Assembly (NCBI GenBank): GCA_963720545.1
Contig: OY970399.1
Location: 3,808,001-3,872,000 of the forward strand
DNA: 64,000 nt
Source: an uncultured Acidobacteriota bacterium
Lineage (GTDB): Bacteria > Acidobacteriota > Vicinamibacteria > Fen-336
Reading direction: 5' to 3'
Shown here piece by piece: positions 40,773 to 51,119 of this stretch. A model generated the notes under the pieces. That model did not search any database. It was not told the origin of the DNA and saw only the letters and a program-made list of their open reading frames with translations. Position numbers and translations under genes: made by a program. Position 1 is the first letter of the stretch, and every line of letters starts with the position of its first letter.

Positions 40773-43700
40773 CTACTGCGACTGCTCGGGAGCTGCGAGG
40801 CGGACTGTCGCGGCCGCGGTGCCTCCCGGCGGTACTTCGATGAGCACGGTTGCGCTACCGCCCTGATCCTTGAAGACGTTTAGTTCCACCTGGCCGGCCG
40901 GAACTTCGATTTCGCCGCGGCCCGTGGCGTCCGTACTCACCTCCTGGCCCCAGACTTCGAACGACTCGCCCTGCCACTTCGCCCAGTAGATCGCGGCGTG
41001 AGATGCGGGAGACCCATCTACGGCGGCGACCAGCACCGCTATGCGGCCGCGCGGCGTCGGGCCAATGGTGACGTCCTCAGCGCCGGCCGCGACGCGCGCT
41101 TGCAAGCCATAGGCGCCTCCTGCGCGCGCCTGGGCGGCAATGTTGTAGGCGCCTGCCTTCAGGCCGCCGATGACGAAGGAGCCGTCGATGAGCGATTGGC
41201 CGTATTTCGCGGACCTGTCCGGACCCGTCGCGGTGAGGTCCAGGCCGGGAACGCCCATTCCGCTCGCGTTGACGACGCGGCCGGAGATGCGCAGGCCTTT
41301 CGTCATCGCGATCTCGACGTCCGCATTGCCCGATTCGGCGACGTTCAGCGGGACCGGGTCGGCCGTATAGAGCTCGTGTGAGGCTGACAGCATGTACCGG
41401 CCGGGATTGAGGTCGATCTGGAAGCGCCCATCCGCCCCGGTCTGTAGGGAGGAGCCATAGCCAGCCTGGCCCTTCGAATCGTCGGGCATTGCCTGGACCG
41501 ACGCCTTGCCCAGCGGCGCACCGGTTTCCTTGTCGGTCACTGTCCCGTGAATGGTCGCGCCCGTGAGCGCGATGTCGAAGACGAACGTGTCGGCATCCGG
41601 AATCTCGGCCTTTTTCTCGGGGACCATGCGGCTGTCCGTGCCAAAGATCATGACTCCGTAGGAACCGGGCTCGTCGAGAATGGCCTCGTACGAACCGTCT
41701 TCGCGCGTTCTCGCCATGTAGCGCTGTGGGCCGGCCGCCGCCGTGGCGCCGGCGAAGACCATCGAGTAGCCAGCGCCGTGGCCGGTGAACTGCAACCTGT
41801 ACCCGGCCGCCGGCGCTCCCTGGTGGGTCACGGTTCCACTCACCAGAATGTCCCGGAGCAGGAACTCGACCGTGGACGTTTCCCCGTCCCGCACCTCGAC
41901 GTCCTTCTCTTGCCCGGACGAGTAGGCGCCGCGGCTGCCGCTGAGAAGCTTGAGCCGTGCGTTACCAGGCGCGGCGTGCTCGATCGTGAAGGAGCCGTCG
42001 TTCGAGACCTGCGTCATCAGGCGGCCTGTGTAGGAGTCGTCCTGCGCAGCGCCGTCTACGCGAACGAACATCCCCACCGGTGGCATGCCGTCGCGCCGCC
42101 TCACCATGCCCGCGATGCGGCCGCCCGGCGTCAGCACCAGGCGGGCGTCCGTCACCGACCGTGCCGCGTCGATCTCGATGCTCGTCTTGCCGCTGCGGTA
42201 ATCGGGATGTCGAGCGACCAGCATGGTCGGGCCGTTCTCGAGGCCGCGCAGTTCGAAGGCACCGGCAACGTCGGCCGCGGCCGAGGGGCCGTCGCCGGCG
42301 AGATAGTCGTCGCCCTCAGTGAGCACCGCGACCGTGGCGCCTGGCAGTGGCTCGCCGGTCATGCTCGTGACGGTGCCGGACACGCGGCCGCCCGGACCCA
42401 GGCGAATTCGTCCGGCATCGGTGGTGCGTCCCGCGGCGACCTTCACCTCCTTCACGATGCCGCGCGCGAATCCGCGAGCATCCACGGCGACCGAATAGGT
42501 GCCAGCGGCAAGCCGTTCGATCAGGAACCTGCCTTCGGGGTCCGGGGAGTCATCCTGGCGGATGACCGGCTCGTCCGAATCCCTGGCCCGCGCGCTCGCC
42601 GTCGCGTTGTAGGCGGTTATCGCCGCGCCGCCGCGGTCCGCGACGAGGCCCGTGATCGATCCGGCCGGCTCGACCACGATATCGACGTTCTCCGCGCCGG
42701 CTTCAGCGTTCATGGTGCCCCGTGCGTAGCCGTCGGCATCCACCCACATTCGATACTTCCCGGGTTCGCAGCCGCCGAGCGTAAACCCGCCGTCCGCTTC
42801 GGCAACCGTCGACTGCACACCACCGGCGCCCGGTCCTTCGTGGAAAGCCGTCACTTCCGCGCCGGCGACGCCGAGCTTTCCGGAGCGCACGCGGCCGCGG
42901 ATCGCGAGCCCGGTCTCGAGCGTGATGTCGCCGAGATCGACCCGGCGGGTGCGCGCATCGCCGGTGACTTCGATGCGCTTGTTTCCATAGCCCGGCGCTT
43001 TGATCTCGAGCACCGAAGCGCCGGCCGGAGCGCCGTCGAGCACGAAAGTGCCGGATGCGCTCGTCTCCGCGTCCGGCACCGACCACCGATAACTGTTGCT
43101 CAATGCGGCACCGTCCACTTCGACGACCATGACCAGGCCCGCGACCGGAACTCCTTTCTCGCCCACGAGCCGTCCGGTGACCGTCGTGCCTCGAGCCATG
43201 CGAATGTCGATGCTCGTTTCTTCGTTGCCGCTGACGGTCACTTCGGCAAGGGTCAACGCCCGCCCCGTCTTGCGCACCACCAGCGTGTACTGTGCCGGAG
43301 CGACGTTCCGCGCGATGAAGGTGCCGTCGTTAGCGCTCACGAGGCGCGGCTGGCGGAGTTGCCAGGAAGGGAATGCGGCCTGGAATTCGATCGTCGCGCC
43401 TTCGACCGGCCGGCCGGCGTCGTCTGCAACCATGCCGAGGAGCGCCGCCCGTGGCAGCAGCACCAGGTCGGCGCGGCCGCCGGCAACGACGTCGTCCTGC
43501 ACAGCGTAGCCGGTGCCGCGCAGCCAGGCGGTGACCCGGTAGCCGCCGGGACCGAGGCCTGCGACTTTGTAGTTGCCCCGGGCGTCGGCAATCGCCGTGC
43601 GCATGCCGAACTGCGGCGCCGCCGTGCTCGTGAACATCGCGGCGCGCGTGGAACGAGCTTCGATGCGGGCGCCGGCCGCGATGCCACCGCCGCTGCCGTC

Positions 43701-44090
43701 GCGCACGGTGCCGTCGATGGCGCCGCCTTTCTCGAGACGCACGCGAATGGGCGCGCGGCGATCGACTCTTTCGAGGACCGCGGCGGCGAAGCCATCGGCA
43801 TCGACGCCGACCATGAATTCCTGGCCGCGGATCTCGGCAAAGCGGAAGCGGCCCTCGGCGTCGGTGCGCGTGGCCTGCGGCAGGGCGGTGCTCGAAGTTC
43901 CTTCGGCGACAACGAGCGCGTCCTTGATCGGCTTGCTGTCAGGTCCGACGACAGAGCCTTCGAGGATGCTTGACGGCGACGGGGACGGTGTCACTTTCCT
44001 GGGGGCGCCCGTTGCATTCGCGCGCGCGGGCGCCTGGCTCAGCGCCGCCGCGATCGAGAGGATGCTGACGAACGAACCGGCCACGAGCAT
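40773..44090 (-). CDS. Secreted protein with tandem carboxypeptidase-regulatory-like beta-sandwich repeats
   Basis: AGGAGG RBS, signal peptide, about 10 repeats of I.G.V...G.P..GA.V....T...G.F. Confidence 0.85.
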   Translation of the reverse strand: MLVAGSFVSILSIAAALSQAPARANATGAPRKVTPSPSPSSILEGSVVGPDSKPIKDALVVAEGTSSTALPQATRTDAEGRFRFAEIRGQEFMVGVDADGFAAAVLERVDRRAPIRVRLEKGGAIDGTVRDGSGGGIAAGARIEARSTRAAMFTSTAAPQFGMRTAIADARGNYKVAGLGPGGYRVTAWLRGTGYAVQDDVVAGGRADLVLLPRAALLGMVADDAGRPVEGATIEFQAAFPSWQLRQPRLVSANDGTFIARNVAPAQYTLVVRKTGRALTLAEVTVSGNEETSIDIRMARGTTVTGRLVGEKGVPVAGLVMVVEVDGAALSNSYRWSVPDAETSASGTFVLDGAPAGASVLEIKAPGYGNKRIEVTGDARTRRVDLGDITLETGLAIRGRVRSGKLGVAGAEVTAFHEGPGAGGVQSTVAEADGGFTLGGCEPGKYRMWVDADGYARGTMNAEAGAENVDIVVEPAGSITGLVADRGGAAITAYNATASARARDSDEPVIRQDDSPDPEGRFLIERLAAGTYSVAVDARGFARGIVKEVKVAAGRTTDAGRIRLGPGGRVSGTVTSMTGEPLPGATVAVLTEGDDYLAGDGPSAAADVAGAFELRGLENGPTMLVARHPDYRSGKTSIEIDAARSVTDARLVLTPGGRIAGMVRRRDGMPPVGMFVRVDGAAQDDSYTGRLMTQVSNDGSFTIEHAAPGNARLKLLSGSRGAYSSGQEKDVEVRDGETSTVEFLLRDILVSGTVTHQGAPAAGYRLQFTGHGAGYSMVFAGATAAAGPQRYMARTREDGSYEAILDEPGSYGVMIFGTDSRMVPEKKAEIPDADTFVFDIALTGATIHGTVTDKETGAPLGKASVQAMPDDSKGQAGYGSSLQTGADGRFQIDLNPGRYMLSASHELYTADPVPLNVAESGNADVEIAMTKGLRISGRVVNASGMGVPGLDLTATGPDRSAKYGQSLIDGSFVIGGLKAGAYNIAAQARAGGAYGLQARVAAGAEDVTIGPTPRGRIAVLVAAVDGSPASHAAIYWAKWQGESFEVWGQEVSTDATGRGEIEVPAGQVELNVFKDQGGSATVLIEVPPGGTAAATVRLAAPEQSQ

Positions 44091-44172
44091 GACGCCTCCT
44101 CAGGGGCCTGAATACCGAGAGTGGCTGACTGTTGCGAGGATAGCCCCGAGCGGGCGGCGCTACAATCCCGGC

Positions 44173-44784
44173 ATGGTCACCAAAGATCCGCGCGTCGACG
44201 AAGCTATCCTCGATGCCGCGCCGTTCGCGCGGCCGATCCTCGAGCAAATCCGCAAGGTCGTGCACGCGGCGTGCCCCGAAGCGGTCGAGACGCTCAAGTG
44301 GCGCATGCCGCACTTCATGTACCGCGGCGCGATCTTGTGCGGCATGGCGGCGTTCAAGAACCACGTCGCGTTCGGCTTCTGGCAGGGGCGGCTGGTGGTG
44401 GACGATCCAAAGGCCGGCAGCGCGATGGGGCAGTACGGCTGCCTGACGAAGGTGTCCGACCTGCCGTCGGCGCGGGTGCTGGCAGCGCAGGTGAAGAAGG
44501 CGATGGCGCTGCGCGATGCCGGCGTGAAGGCGCCGCGTGACAAGACGAAGAAGCCGGCGGTGCCGCTGAAGACGCCGAAGGACCTGCAGATAGCGCTCGC
44601 GAAGAACAAGAAGGCGCGCGCCACCTACGACGCGTTCGCGCCCAGCCACAAGCGCGAGTACCACGAGTGGCTGATGGAGGCGAAGCGCGAGGCGACACGC
44701 AAGCAGCGGCTTGCGCAGGCGGTGACCTGGATGGGCGAGGGCAAGCCGCGCAACTGGAAGTACCAACAGCGGACGGCACGATGA
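44173..44784 (+). CDS. YdeI/OmpD-associated (DUF1801) family protein
   Basis: KDPRVD, ETLKWRMPHF, FAPSHKREYHEWL, GKPRNWKY. Confidence 0.88.
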   Translation: MVTKDPRVDEAILDAAPFARPILEQIRKVVHAACPEAVETLKWRMPHFMYRGAILCGMAAFKNHVAFGFWQGRLVVDDPKAGSAMGQYGCLTKVSDLPSARVLAAQVKKAMALRDAGVKAPRDKTKKPAVPLKTPKDLQIALAKNKKARATYDAFAPSHKREYHEWLMEAKREATRKQRLAQAVTWMGEGKPRNWKYQQRTAR

Positions 44785-45851
44785 TGAGGAAGACGATGTC
44801 GGCGCTCGCCGCCCTCGTCGCAACCTCCGCCTGCAGCCGCCCGGCGCTGGCACCGAGCGAAACCACGTCGCCCGCGCCGGCCGCCGCGCATGCCGGCTAT
44901 TTCGACCAGGCCGGCCGCAAGGACGTCTTGTCGGGTGGCGTGCGCATGATTCCCGTGAACACGCCCAAAGGCACCTTCCGGGTATGGACCAAGCGCACCG
45001 GCAACAACCCCACTGTGAAGGTGCTGCTGCTGCACGGCGGCCCGGGCGCCACCCACGCCTACTTCGAGGCGTTCGACTCGTTCTTCCCCGGCGCTTCGAT
45101 CGAGTACTACTTCTACGACCAGCTCGGCTCCGGTAACAGCGATGCGCCCGACGATCCGTCGCTCCTCGACGTCAACCGCTTCGTGGACGAGGTCGAGCAG
45201 GTGCGCCAGGCGCTGAACCTCGATCGCAGCAACTTCTACCTGCTTGGCCATTCCTGGGGCGGGCTGCTCGCGATCGAATACGCGCTGGCCCATCAGGACC
45301 AACTGCGCGGCCTGATCGTGTCCAACATGATGTCGAGCGTGCCGGCCTACAACACCTACGCGAAGACCGTGCTGATGCCAGCGATGGACCAGAAGGTTCT
45401 GGCCGAGATCCTGAGCATGGAGAAGGCGGGGAAGACCGAGTCGCCGCGCTACATGGGACTGCTGACGCCGAACTATTACGAGCAGCACATCCTGCGGATG
45501 CCGGCGGCCGAGTGGCCGGAGCCGGTGGTGCGTTCGTTCGCGCACATCAACCGCAAGGTCTACGTGCCGATGCAGGGGCCGAGCGAGATGGGCGCCGCCG
45601 GCCTGCTGGTGAACTGGGACCGCACCGCCGACCTGCCGAAGATCAAGGTGCCCACACTGGTGGTGGCCGGCGCCCACGACACGATGGACCCGGCCTACAT
45701 GGAGCGGATGGCGAAGTCTCTGCCGCAGGGACGTTATCTACTTTGCCCCAACGGCGGCCACATGGCGCTCTACGACGACCAGCAGACGTACATGGACGGC
45801 GTCATCGCGTTTTTGCGCGACGTGGACAGCGGCGCCTTCCGGAAAGACTAG
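44781..45851 (+). CDS. Proline iminopeptidase-family hydrolase, probable lipoprotein
   Basis: LHGGPG, YDQLGSG, GHSWGG; lipobox-like TSAC. Confidence 0.9.
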   Translation: MMRKTMSALAALVATSACSRPALAPSETTSPAPAAAHAGYFDQAGRKDVLSGGVRMIPVNTPKGTFRVWTKRTGNNPTVKVLLLHGGPGATHAYFEAFDSFFPGASIEYYFYDQLGSGNSDAPDDPSLLDVNRFVDEVEQVRQALNLDRSNFYLLGHSWGGLLAIEYALAHQDQLRGLIVSNMMSSVPAYNTYAKTVLMPAMDQKVLAEILSMEKAGKTESPRYMGLLTPNYYEQHILRMPAAEWPEPVVRSFAHINRKVYVPMQGPSEMGAAGLLVNWDRTADLPKIKVPTLVVAGAHDTMDPAYMERMAKSLPQGRYLLCPNGGHMALYDDQQTYMDGVIAFLRDVDSGAFRKD

Positions 45852-46916
45852 GCCTTCTTCTTCTCCGGCATCTGCAGCACCACTTCGCCCTTGTCGCGAG
45901 TGGGGAACTCGATGTCGGGCAGGCCCATGCCCTTGCGCAGGCGCGAGTCGATCTCGTTGCGGATGTCGGGGTTGTCACGCAGGAAGTTGCGCGCCGTCTC
46001 CCGTCCCTGGCCAATGCGCTCGCCGTCGAACGAGTACCAGGAGCCCGACTTCTCGACGATCTTCTGGTCTACGCCGAGGTCGAGGAGGTCGCCTTCCTTG
46101 CTGATGCCCTCGCCGTAGAGGATGTCGAACTCGGCCTCGCGGAACGGCGCCGCCACCTTGTTCTTCACCACCTTCACCTTGGCGCGGCTGCCGATGACCA
46201 CGTCGCCTTCCTTCAGCGAGGCGATGCGGCGGATGTCGCAGCGGATCGAAGCGTAGAACTTGAGCGCCCGGCCGCCCGGTGGTCGTTTCGGGACTGCCGA
46301 ACATGACGCCGATCTTCTCGCGCAGCTGGTTGATGAAGATGAGGCTGGTGTGGCTCTTGGCGACGATGGAGGTGAGCTTGCGCAGCGCCTGGCTCATGAG
46401 CCGCGCCTGCATGCCCATCTGCGCGTCGCCCATTTCGCCTTCGAGCTCGGCGCGCGGCACCAGCGCCGCCACCGAGTCGATGACGAGGACGTCCACGGCG
46501 CCCGAGCGGATGAGGACCTCGGCGATTTCAAGGGCCTGCTCGCCGCTGTCGGGCTGCGAAACCAGCAGGTTGTCGGTGTCTACGCCCAGCTTGCCCGCGT
46601 AGGTGGCGTCGAGCGCGTGCTCGGCGTCGATGAAGGCGGCCATGCCGCCGCGGCGCTGCGCCTCGGAGATGACGTGGAGAGCCAGTGTGGTCTTGCCCGA
46701 CGATTCCGGCCCGAAGATCTCGATGACCCGGCCGCGCGGCATGCCGCCGACACCGAGCGCCGCGTCGAGGGAGAGCGAGCCGGTTGGAATGGCCGGTATC
46801 TCCACCTTCTCCCGGGATCCAAGGCGCATGATGGAACCCTTGCCGAACTGCTTGTCGATCTGGGAGAGGGCGGCCTCAATGGCCTTGGAGCGCTCGTTCT
46901 TCGAATCCTCGGGCAT
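45848..46916 (-). CDS. recA: Recombinase A with an apparent 1-nt frameshift at about 46275-46277
   Basis: [18 protein letters not shown] and [19 protein letters not shown] in one frame; [10 protein letters not shown]...[12 protein letters not shown] in another frame. Confidence 0.96.
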
Positions 46917-47317
46917 TCAAATCTCCTTGTGTGGGTCTACTGCCAGCCCACTTGATGTTGGGGCCGGTCCCCGACCAAACGAATCGTATCCGAGCCCCCT
47001 TCCGCGACAGGTCCAGCCGCCCGCCGCACCGAAAGAAAAGATCGACGAAACGTTTGTCGCACTGTTTGTACACATGCATAGGTTCATTTTGTAAAAGTGG
47101 CCTGCACAAGTAAGGGTGTGTCTGGCATGGCACGCCCAGTCGTCGCAGTTTGCAAGCGATTGAAAAAGAGCGACTTATGAGTATGATTTCGGGCGCCTGT
47201 CCCCTCGCGAAGCCAAAAAACTCTGGCGTCGGTGGCGTCGGTTTTGCTACCATCATCGCGTCCAAAAACTCCAAGAAGTCACCCACCTGGCGGAGTTGGA
47301 CATCGAGGAGAAATAAC

Positions 47318-47968
47318 TTGAAGAGTCGTCGGCCAAAAGCGCGTCGGAGCGCAACTCCGCGTAGGTCGCACAAGGCTCGTCCGTCAGCTGCGCCGGCTCG
47401 CAGAACCGTGCTCGCCCGCAGCAAGCCCACCAAGGCGAAGGCGAAGGCCAAAGCCAGGGCCGTTCGCGCCACCACCCCGGCGCGCTCGAGCCATGGGCTG
47501 AAGCGCAAGCGCGTCGCCATTCCTTCTCCGCTCGCCACCCGCCATGTCGCTCCGCCACGCGCTGCGGTGATCATGCCCGCGCGCTCCATGCCGCCTGCCG
47601 CCCGCGACTACCGCAAGCCCATGATTACCCCGGTGCGCCTCATGGGAACCCCTGAGACCACCGAAGAGGGCGTGCTGCTGGCCATCACCTATTCCATTCG
47701 TGAAGGCCGCCGCAACGATTTCTTCGCCTTGATGCGCGAGCTGAAGCCGCTGCTCTCGACCATCGGCGGCAACGACTGCATGGTGTTCGAGGATCGCAGC
47801 CGCCCGAACTACTTCATGGAAGTGTTCCGCTTCAAGGACGAAGCCGAGTTCACCGCGTTCGACGACAAGTTTCACAAGGACCGCAAGATCGCCGCGGTCT
47901 ACGCGCTGCTCGACGACATCGTCGAAGCCGAGAAGAGCGACTTCAAGATCTTCGAGCGCAAGATCTAG
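47318..47968 (+). CDS. Hypothetical protein: K/R/A-rich disordered N-terminus plus a C-terminal ABM-like alpha/beta domain
   Basis: GAGGAG RBS 7 nt before the TTG at 47318. C-terminal part (ITYSIREGRRNDFF...VFEDRSRPNYFMEVF) has typical codon usage. Confidence 0.6.
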   Translation: MKSRRPKARRSATPRRSHKARPSAAPARRTVLARSKPTKAKAKAKARAVRATTPARSSHGLKRKRVAIPSPLATRHVAPPRAAVIMPARSMPPAARDYRKPMITPVRLMGTPETTEEGVLLAITYSIREGRRNDFFALMRELKPLLSTIGGNDCMVFEDRSRPNYFMEVFRFKDEAEFTAFDDKFHKDRKIAAVYALLDDIVEAEKSDFKIFERKI

Positions 47969-47977
47969 GCCGGCGCC

Positions 47978-48505
47978 GTGCCCTCGCCGCTGGGACACGG
48001 TCTCGCCGCCGCGACCATCCACGCCCTCACTGCTTCGAACGCCACGGAACGCAGGGATCCGCGGCGGCTTGCGGCACTCGTCGCCGTCGCGTGCCTGCCC
48101 GACGTGGACTTGTTGTTCACCTACATCGACGGCCGCTCGCATCACCAGGGGATGACGCACAGCATCGGCTTCGCCCTGCTCGCGGGCGCGGCGGCCTTCG
48201 CCTTCGCCAAGGTGAGCGGCTTTGCGCCGTGGCGCGCCGCCGCGGTGGTCGCAGCAGCGTATGCTTCCCATGTGCTGCTCGACCTGCTTGGCCGCGACAC
48301 CCATCCGCCCATCGGCCTGCGTGCCCTGTGGCCGTTCGACGGCGGCTTCTACAAGCTCCCGCCGGTGTTCCTCGACATCGGGCGTTCGCTGCGCTGGAGC
48401 ACGGTGGTGAGCAACGCCCGCGCCGCCGCGCTGGAGGTGGTGCTGCTGGCGCCTTTCACCTGGCTCGCGTTTCGCTGGTCGGCGTCGACACGCCGCGAGG
48501 CCTGA
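47978..48505 (+). CDS. Membrane-bound metal-dependent hydrolase (YdjM/YbcI-like)
   Basis: PSPLGH, LPDVD, HQGMTHS, SHVLLD, LWPF. Confidence 0.85.
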   Translation: MPSPLGHGLAAATIHALTASNATERRDPRRLAALVAVACLPDVDLLFTYIDGRSHHQGMTHSIGFALLAGAAAFAFAKVSGFAPWRAAAVVAAAYASHVLLDLLGRDTHPPIGLRALWPFDGGFYKLPPVFLDIGRSLRWSTVVSNARAAALEVVLLAPFTWLAFRWSASTRREA

Positions 48506-48513
48506 GCGCCGAG

Positions 48514-48747
48514 ATGGCCCGCGGGTTCGACAGCAAGTCGGTCGAGAGCCAGCAGGCCGAGGTTTTCGGCACGCTGCCGAAGGAGAAGGCCGCTGCCGAC
48601 CCGGCGACAGCGGCTACGCGGCACCGCCTCGAGCTCGCGAAGTTCGATGCCGAGCGCAGGCTGCGGCGCGCGACTGGGTCTTACAAGGACATGCTGCAGC
48701 GCACCATTGCGTCGCTCGACGCGGAGCTTCGGAAGCTTCAGGGCTGA
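48514..48747 (+). CDS. Small hypothetical helical protein
   Basis: MARGFDSKSVESQQ... 77 aa with good codon usage. Confidence 0.7.
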   Translation: MARGFDSKSVESQQAEVFGTLPKEKAAADPATAATRHRLELAKFDAERRLRRATGSYKDMLQRTIASLDAELRKLQG

Positions 48748-50180
48748 GGGCGGGCCGGTGTCGCCTGCACCACGCCGCCCTTGCCGACGAGCGCCTCGAG
48801 ATCGGCGAGTTCGGCGGGCAGGAAGTCGGTGAAGTTCTCCACGCCAGTCTCGGTGACCGCCACCGTGTCCTCGTAGCGCACGTACAGGTTCTCGGACGGC
48901 ACCCACAACTGCGGATCCACCGAGAACACCTGGCCCGGCTTGAGCGGCGCGTTGTTGTAGAGGCCGTCGTCGTGCACCGCCAGGCCGACGGGATGCGAGA
49001 ACACTCCGCCGCCCGTCTCTATCAGCTTCTTCGCCGCCTCTTCGTAAGCCGGCTTCGAGAAGCGCGTGCGCGCGAACACCGGCGCCATCGCCGCCTTCGC
49101 CTCGTCGTGGATCTGCTGAGTCGTCACACCGGGCCGGATGCGCTTCATGATCTCGTTGCGGAAGGAAAGCACGAACTGCTGCAGCTCGCGCTGCACGGCC
49201 GGGTACCTGCCGCCCACCGCCCACATGCGGCCGATGTCGCTGACGTAATAGCGGTAGTCGGGGGCGTAGTCCATGAGCACCACGTCGCCGGCCGCGAGCT
49301 TGCGCGCGTTGCGGAAGTAGTGCGCGTTCCAGATGTTGTCGGTGCCCGACGCGGTGATGGAGCGGTAGGCCTCCTGGCGCGCGTCGTTCACCAGGAACAC
49401 GTAGCGCGCCGCGGCGTCGAGCTGGTATTCGTAAACGCCGGCGCGCGTGCTCTTGATCGCCTCGATGACGCCGTAGCCGGCAAGCTGGGACGCGCGGCGC
49501 AGCAGCGCCACTTCGCGCGGGCTCTTGACGCTGCGCAGCGTGTCGAGGATGTCGGTGAAGTCGCGGATCTCGGCGCGCGGGTAGCGGGTGCGCAGCAGCG
49601 CCACGAAGCGCGCCTCGCGCGACTCGCGCCCGTCCCACGGATCGGCTGCGATCGCGGCGTTCGCCGCCTGCAGCTCGTGGCGGCTTTGGCCCTGGCCCTC
49701 GGCGGGCGTGAACGGCGTGTAGACGATCGCCGGCACGCCGCCTGCCAGGCCCGCGAGCCAGTCGCCCTGCATCTTCTCGGTGCTCTGCACGGTGTCGGCG
49801 CCGGTCAGCGCGCGGATTCTTTCGGCGTCGCCCGCGTTCAGCACCTTGCCCTCGGAGCGCTCGAGGCGTTCGTTGCGTGGCGGCAGGTACAAGGTGACGG
49901 TCTTGTCGCGTGCGTCGAGCAACACGTAAGAGCCGGGGGTCTCGATGCCGGACAAGTAATAGAACTCGTTCGACTGGCGCGGAAAGATGAATCCGTTCGT
50001 CAGCGGCGCGCCCTGCACCACGGCGACTGCGTTCGGCGGCAGCGCCGCGAACACCTGAGTCCAGCGCGCCTTGAACTCCTCGGGTGGAAAGTCGGACTGA
50101 TAGTGGGCAAGCGTTTCGGCGCGCGCGGTACCGCCGAGCAGCGGGTAGGCGGCGATCAAGGCCAGCCAGAAAGAGCGCAT
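48738..50180 (-). CDS. Xaa-Pro aminopeptidase (M24 family) with signal peptide
   Basis: RQSNEFYYLSG, LRSVKSPRE, SDIGR, HPVGLAVHD, RYEDTVAVT; start MRSFWLALI at 50180. Confidence 0.88.
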   Translation of the reverse strand: MRSFWLALIAAYPLLGGTARAETLAHYQSDFPPEEFKARWTQVFAALPPNAVAVVQGAPLTNGFIFPRQSNEFYYLSGIETPGSYVLLDARDKTVTLYLPPRNERLERSEGKVLNAGDAERIRALTGADTVQSTEKMQGDWLAGLAGGVPAIVYTPFTPAEGQGQSRHELQAANAAIAADPWDGRESREARFVALLRTRYPRAEIRDFTDILDTLRSVKSPREVALLRRASQLAGYGVIEAIKSTRAGVYEYQLDAAARYVFLVNDARQEAYRSITASGTDNIWNAHYFRNARKLAAGDVVLMDYAPDYRYYVSDIGRMWAVGGRYPAVQRELQQFVLSFRNEIMKRIRPGVTTQQIHDEAKAAMAPVFARTRFSKPAYEEAAKKLIETGGGVFSHPVGLAVHDDGLYNNAPLKPGQVFSVDPQLWVPSENLYVRYEDTVAVTETGVENFTDFLPAELADLEALVGKGGVVQATPARPQP

Positions 50181-50212
50181 CGGTCTTCCTTTCGTCTTTC
50201 GCAACGGGTTTC

Positions 50213-51079
50213 TCAATAGGTGAAGAAGCCGCGGCCGGTCTTGCGCCCCAGCCAGCCGGCATCGACCATGCGCCGCAGCAGCGGGCACGGCCGGTACTTC
50301 GAATCCCCAAAGCCGTCGTGCAGCACTTCGAGGATCGCGAGGCAGACGTCGAGCCCGATGAAGTCGGCGAGCGTCAGCGGCCCCATGGGGTGGTTCATGC
50401 CGAGCTTCATGACCTCGTCGATCGCCTGCGGTGTGGCGACCCCCTCGTGCACGCAGAAGATCGCCTCGTTGATCATCGGCATCAGCACGCGGTTCGCGAC
50501 GAAGCCGGGGAAGTCGTTCACCTCCACCGGCGTCTTGCCGAGCGCACGCGACAGCGCCACCACCGCGGCGGTGGTTTCGTCGGAGGTCGCCTGGCCGCGG
50601 ATCACCTCGACGAGCGGCATCAGCGGCACCGGGTTCATGAAGTGCATGCCGACGACCTTGTCGGGACGCGCGGTGACGGCGCCGAGGCGGGTGATGGAGA
50701 TGGACGAAGTGTTCGACGCCAGGATCGCACCGGGCGCCGCGATGCGGTCGAGGTCGCGGAAGATAGCGGTCTTGGCCGCGAGGTTCTCGATCGCCGCCTC
50801 CACCACCAGGCTGGCGGCGGCGGCGTCTTCGAGGAGCGTCGTCGGCTTGATGCGGCCGAGCGCCGCTTCGACGTCGCCGGTGGCGATCTTGCCCTTTTCC
50901 GCGAGCCTGCCAAGGCTCTTGCGGATGGTGGCGAGGCCGCGCTCGACGTAGCCAGCCTCGAGGTCGCGAAGGATCACCGTGTGGCCATGCTGCGCGAACA
51001 CCTGGGCGATGCCGTTTCCCATGGTGCCGGCGCCGATGACGGCCACAGTTGCCGGCTGCGTCGCTGCCGATTCGCTCAT
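50213..51079 (-). CDS. hbd: 3-hydroxybutyryl-CoA dehydrogenase
   Basis: [42 protein letters not shown]; start MSESAA at 51079. Confidence 0.93.
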   Translation of the reverse strand: MSESAATQPATVAVIGAGTMGNGIAQVFAQHGHTVILRDLEAGYVERGLATIRKSLGRLAEKGKIATGDVEAALGRIKPTTLLEDAAAASLVVEAAIENLAAKTAIFRDLDRIAAPGAILASNTSSISITRLGAVTARPDKVVGMHFMNPVPLMPLVEVIRGQATSDETTAAVVALSRALGKTPVEVNDFPGFVANRVLMPMINEAIFCVHEGVATPQAIDEVMKLGMNHPMGPLTLADFIGLDVCLAILEVLHDGFGDSKYRPCPLLRRMVDAGWLGRKTGRGFFTY

Positions 51080-51119
51080 GGGGCGCAGTCTAAGCCAGCC
51101 GCTTGGGCTACTCTTGGCC

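Noticed and set aside
40773..44090. Repeat-rich secreted protein as a novel system
   Set aside because: Tandem carboxypeptidase-regulatory-like repeat proteins are common; no catalytic domain or partner gene is seen.
46917..47317. LexA box or sigma-54 promoter upstream of recA
   Set aside because: Only an imperfect palindrome (GACGAAACGTTTGTC); no GTTC-N7-GTTC, CGAAC-N4-GTTCG or correctly spaced GG-N10-GC that I could support.
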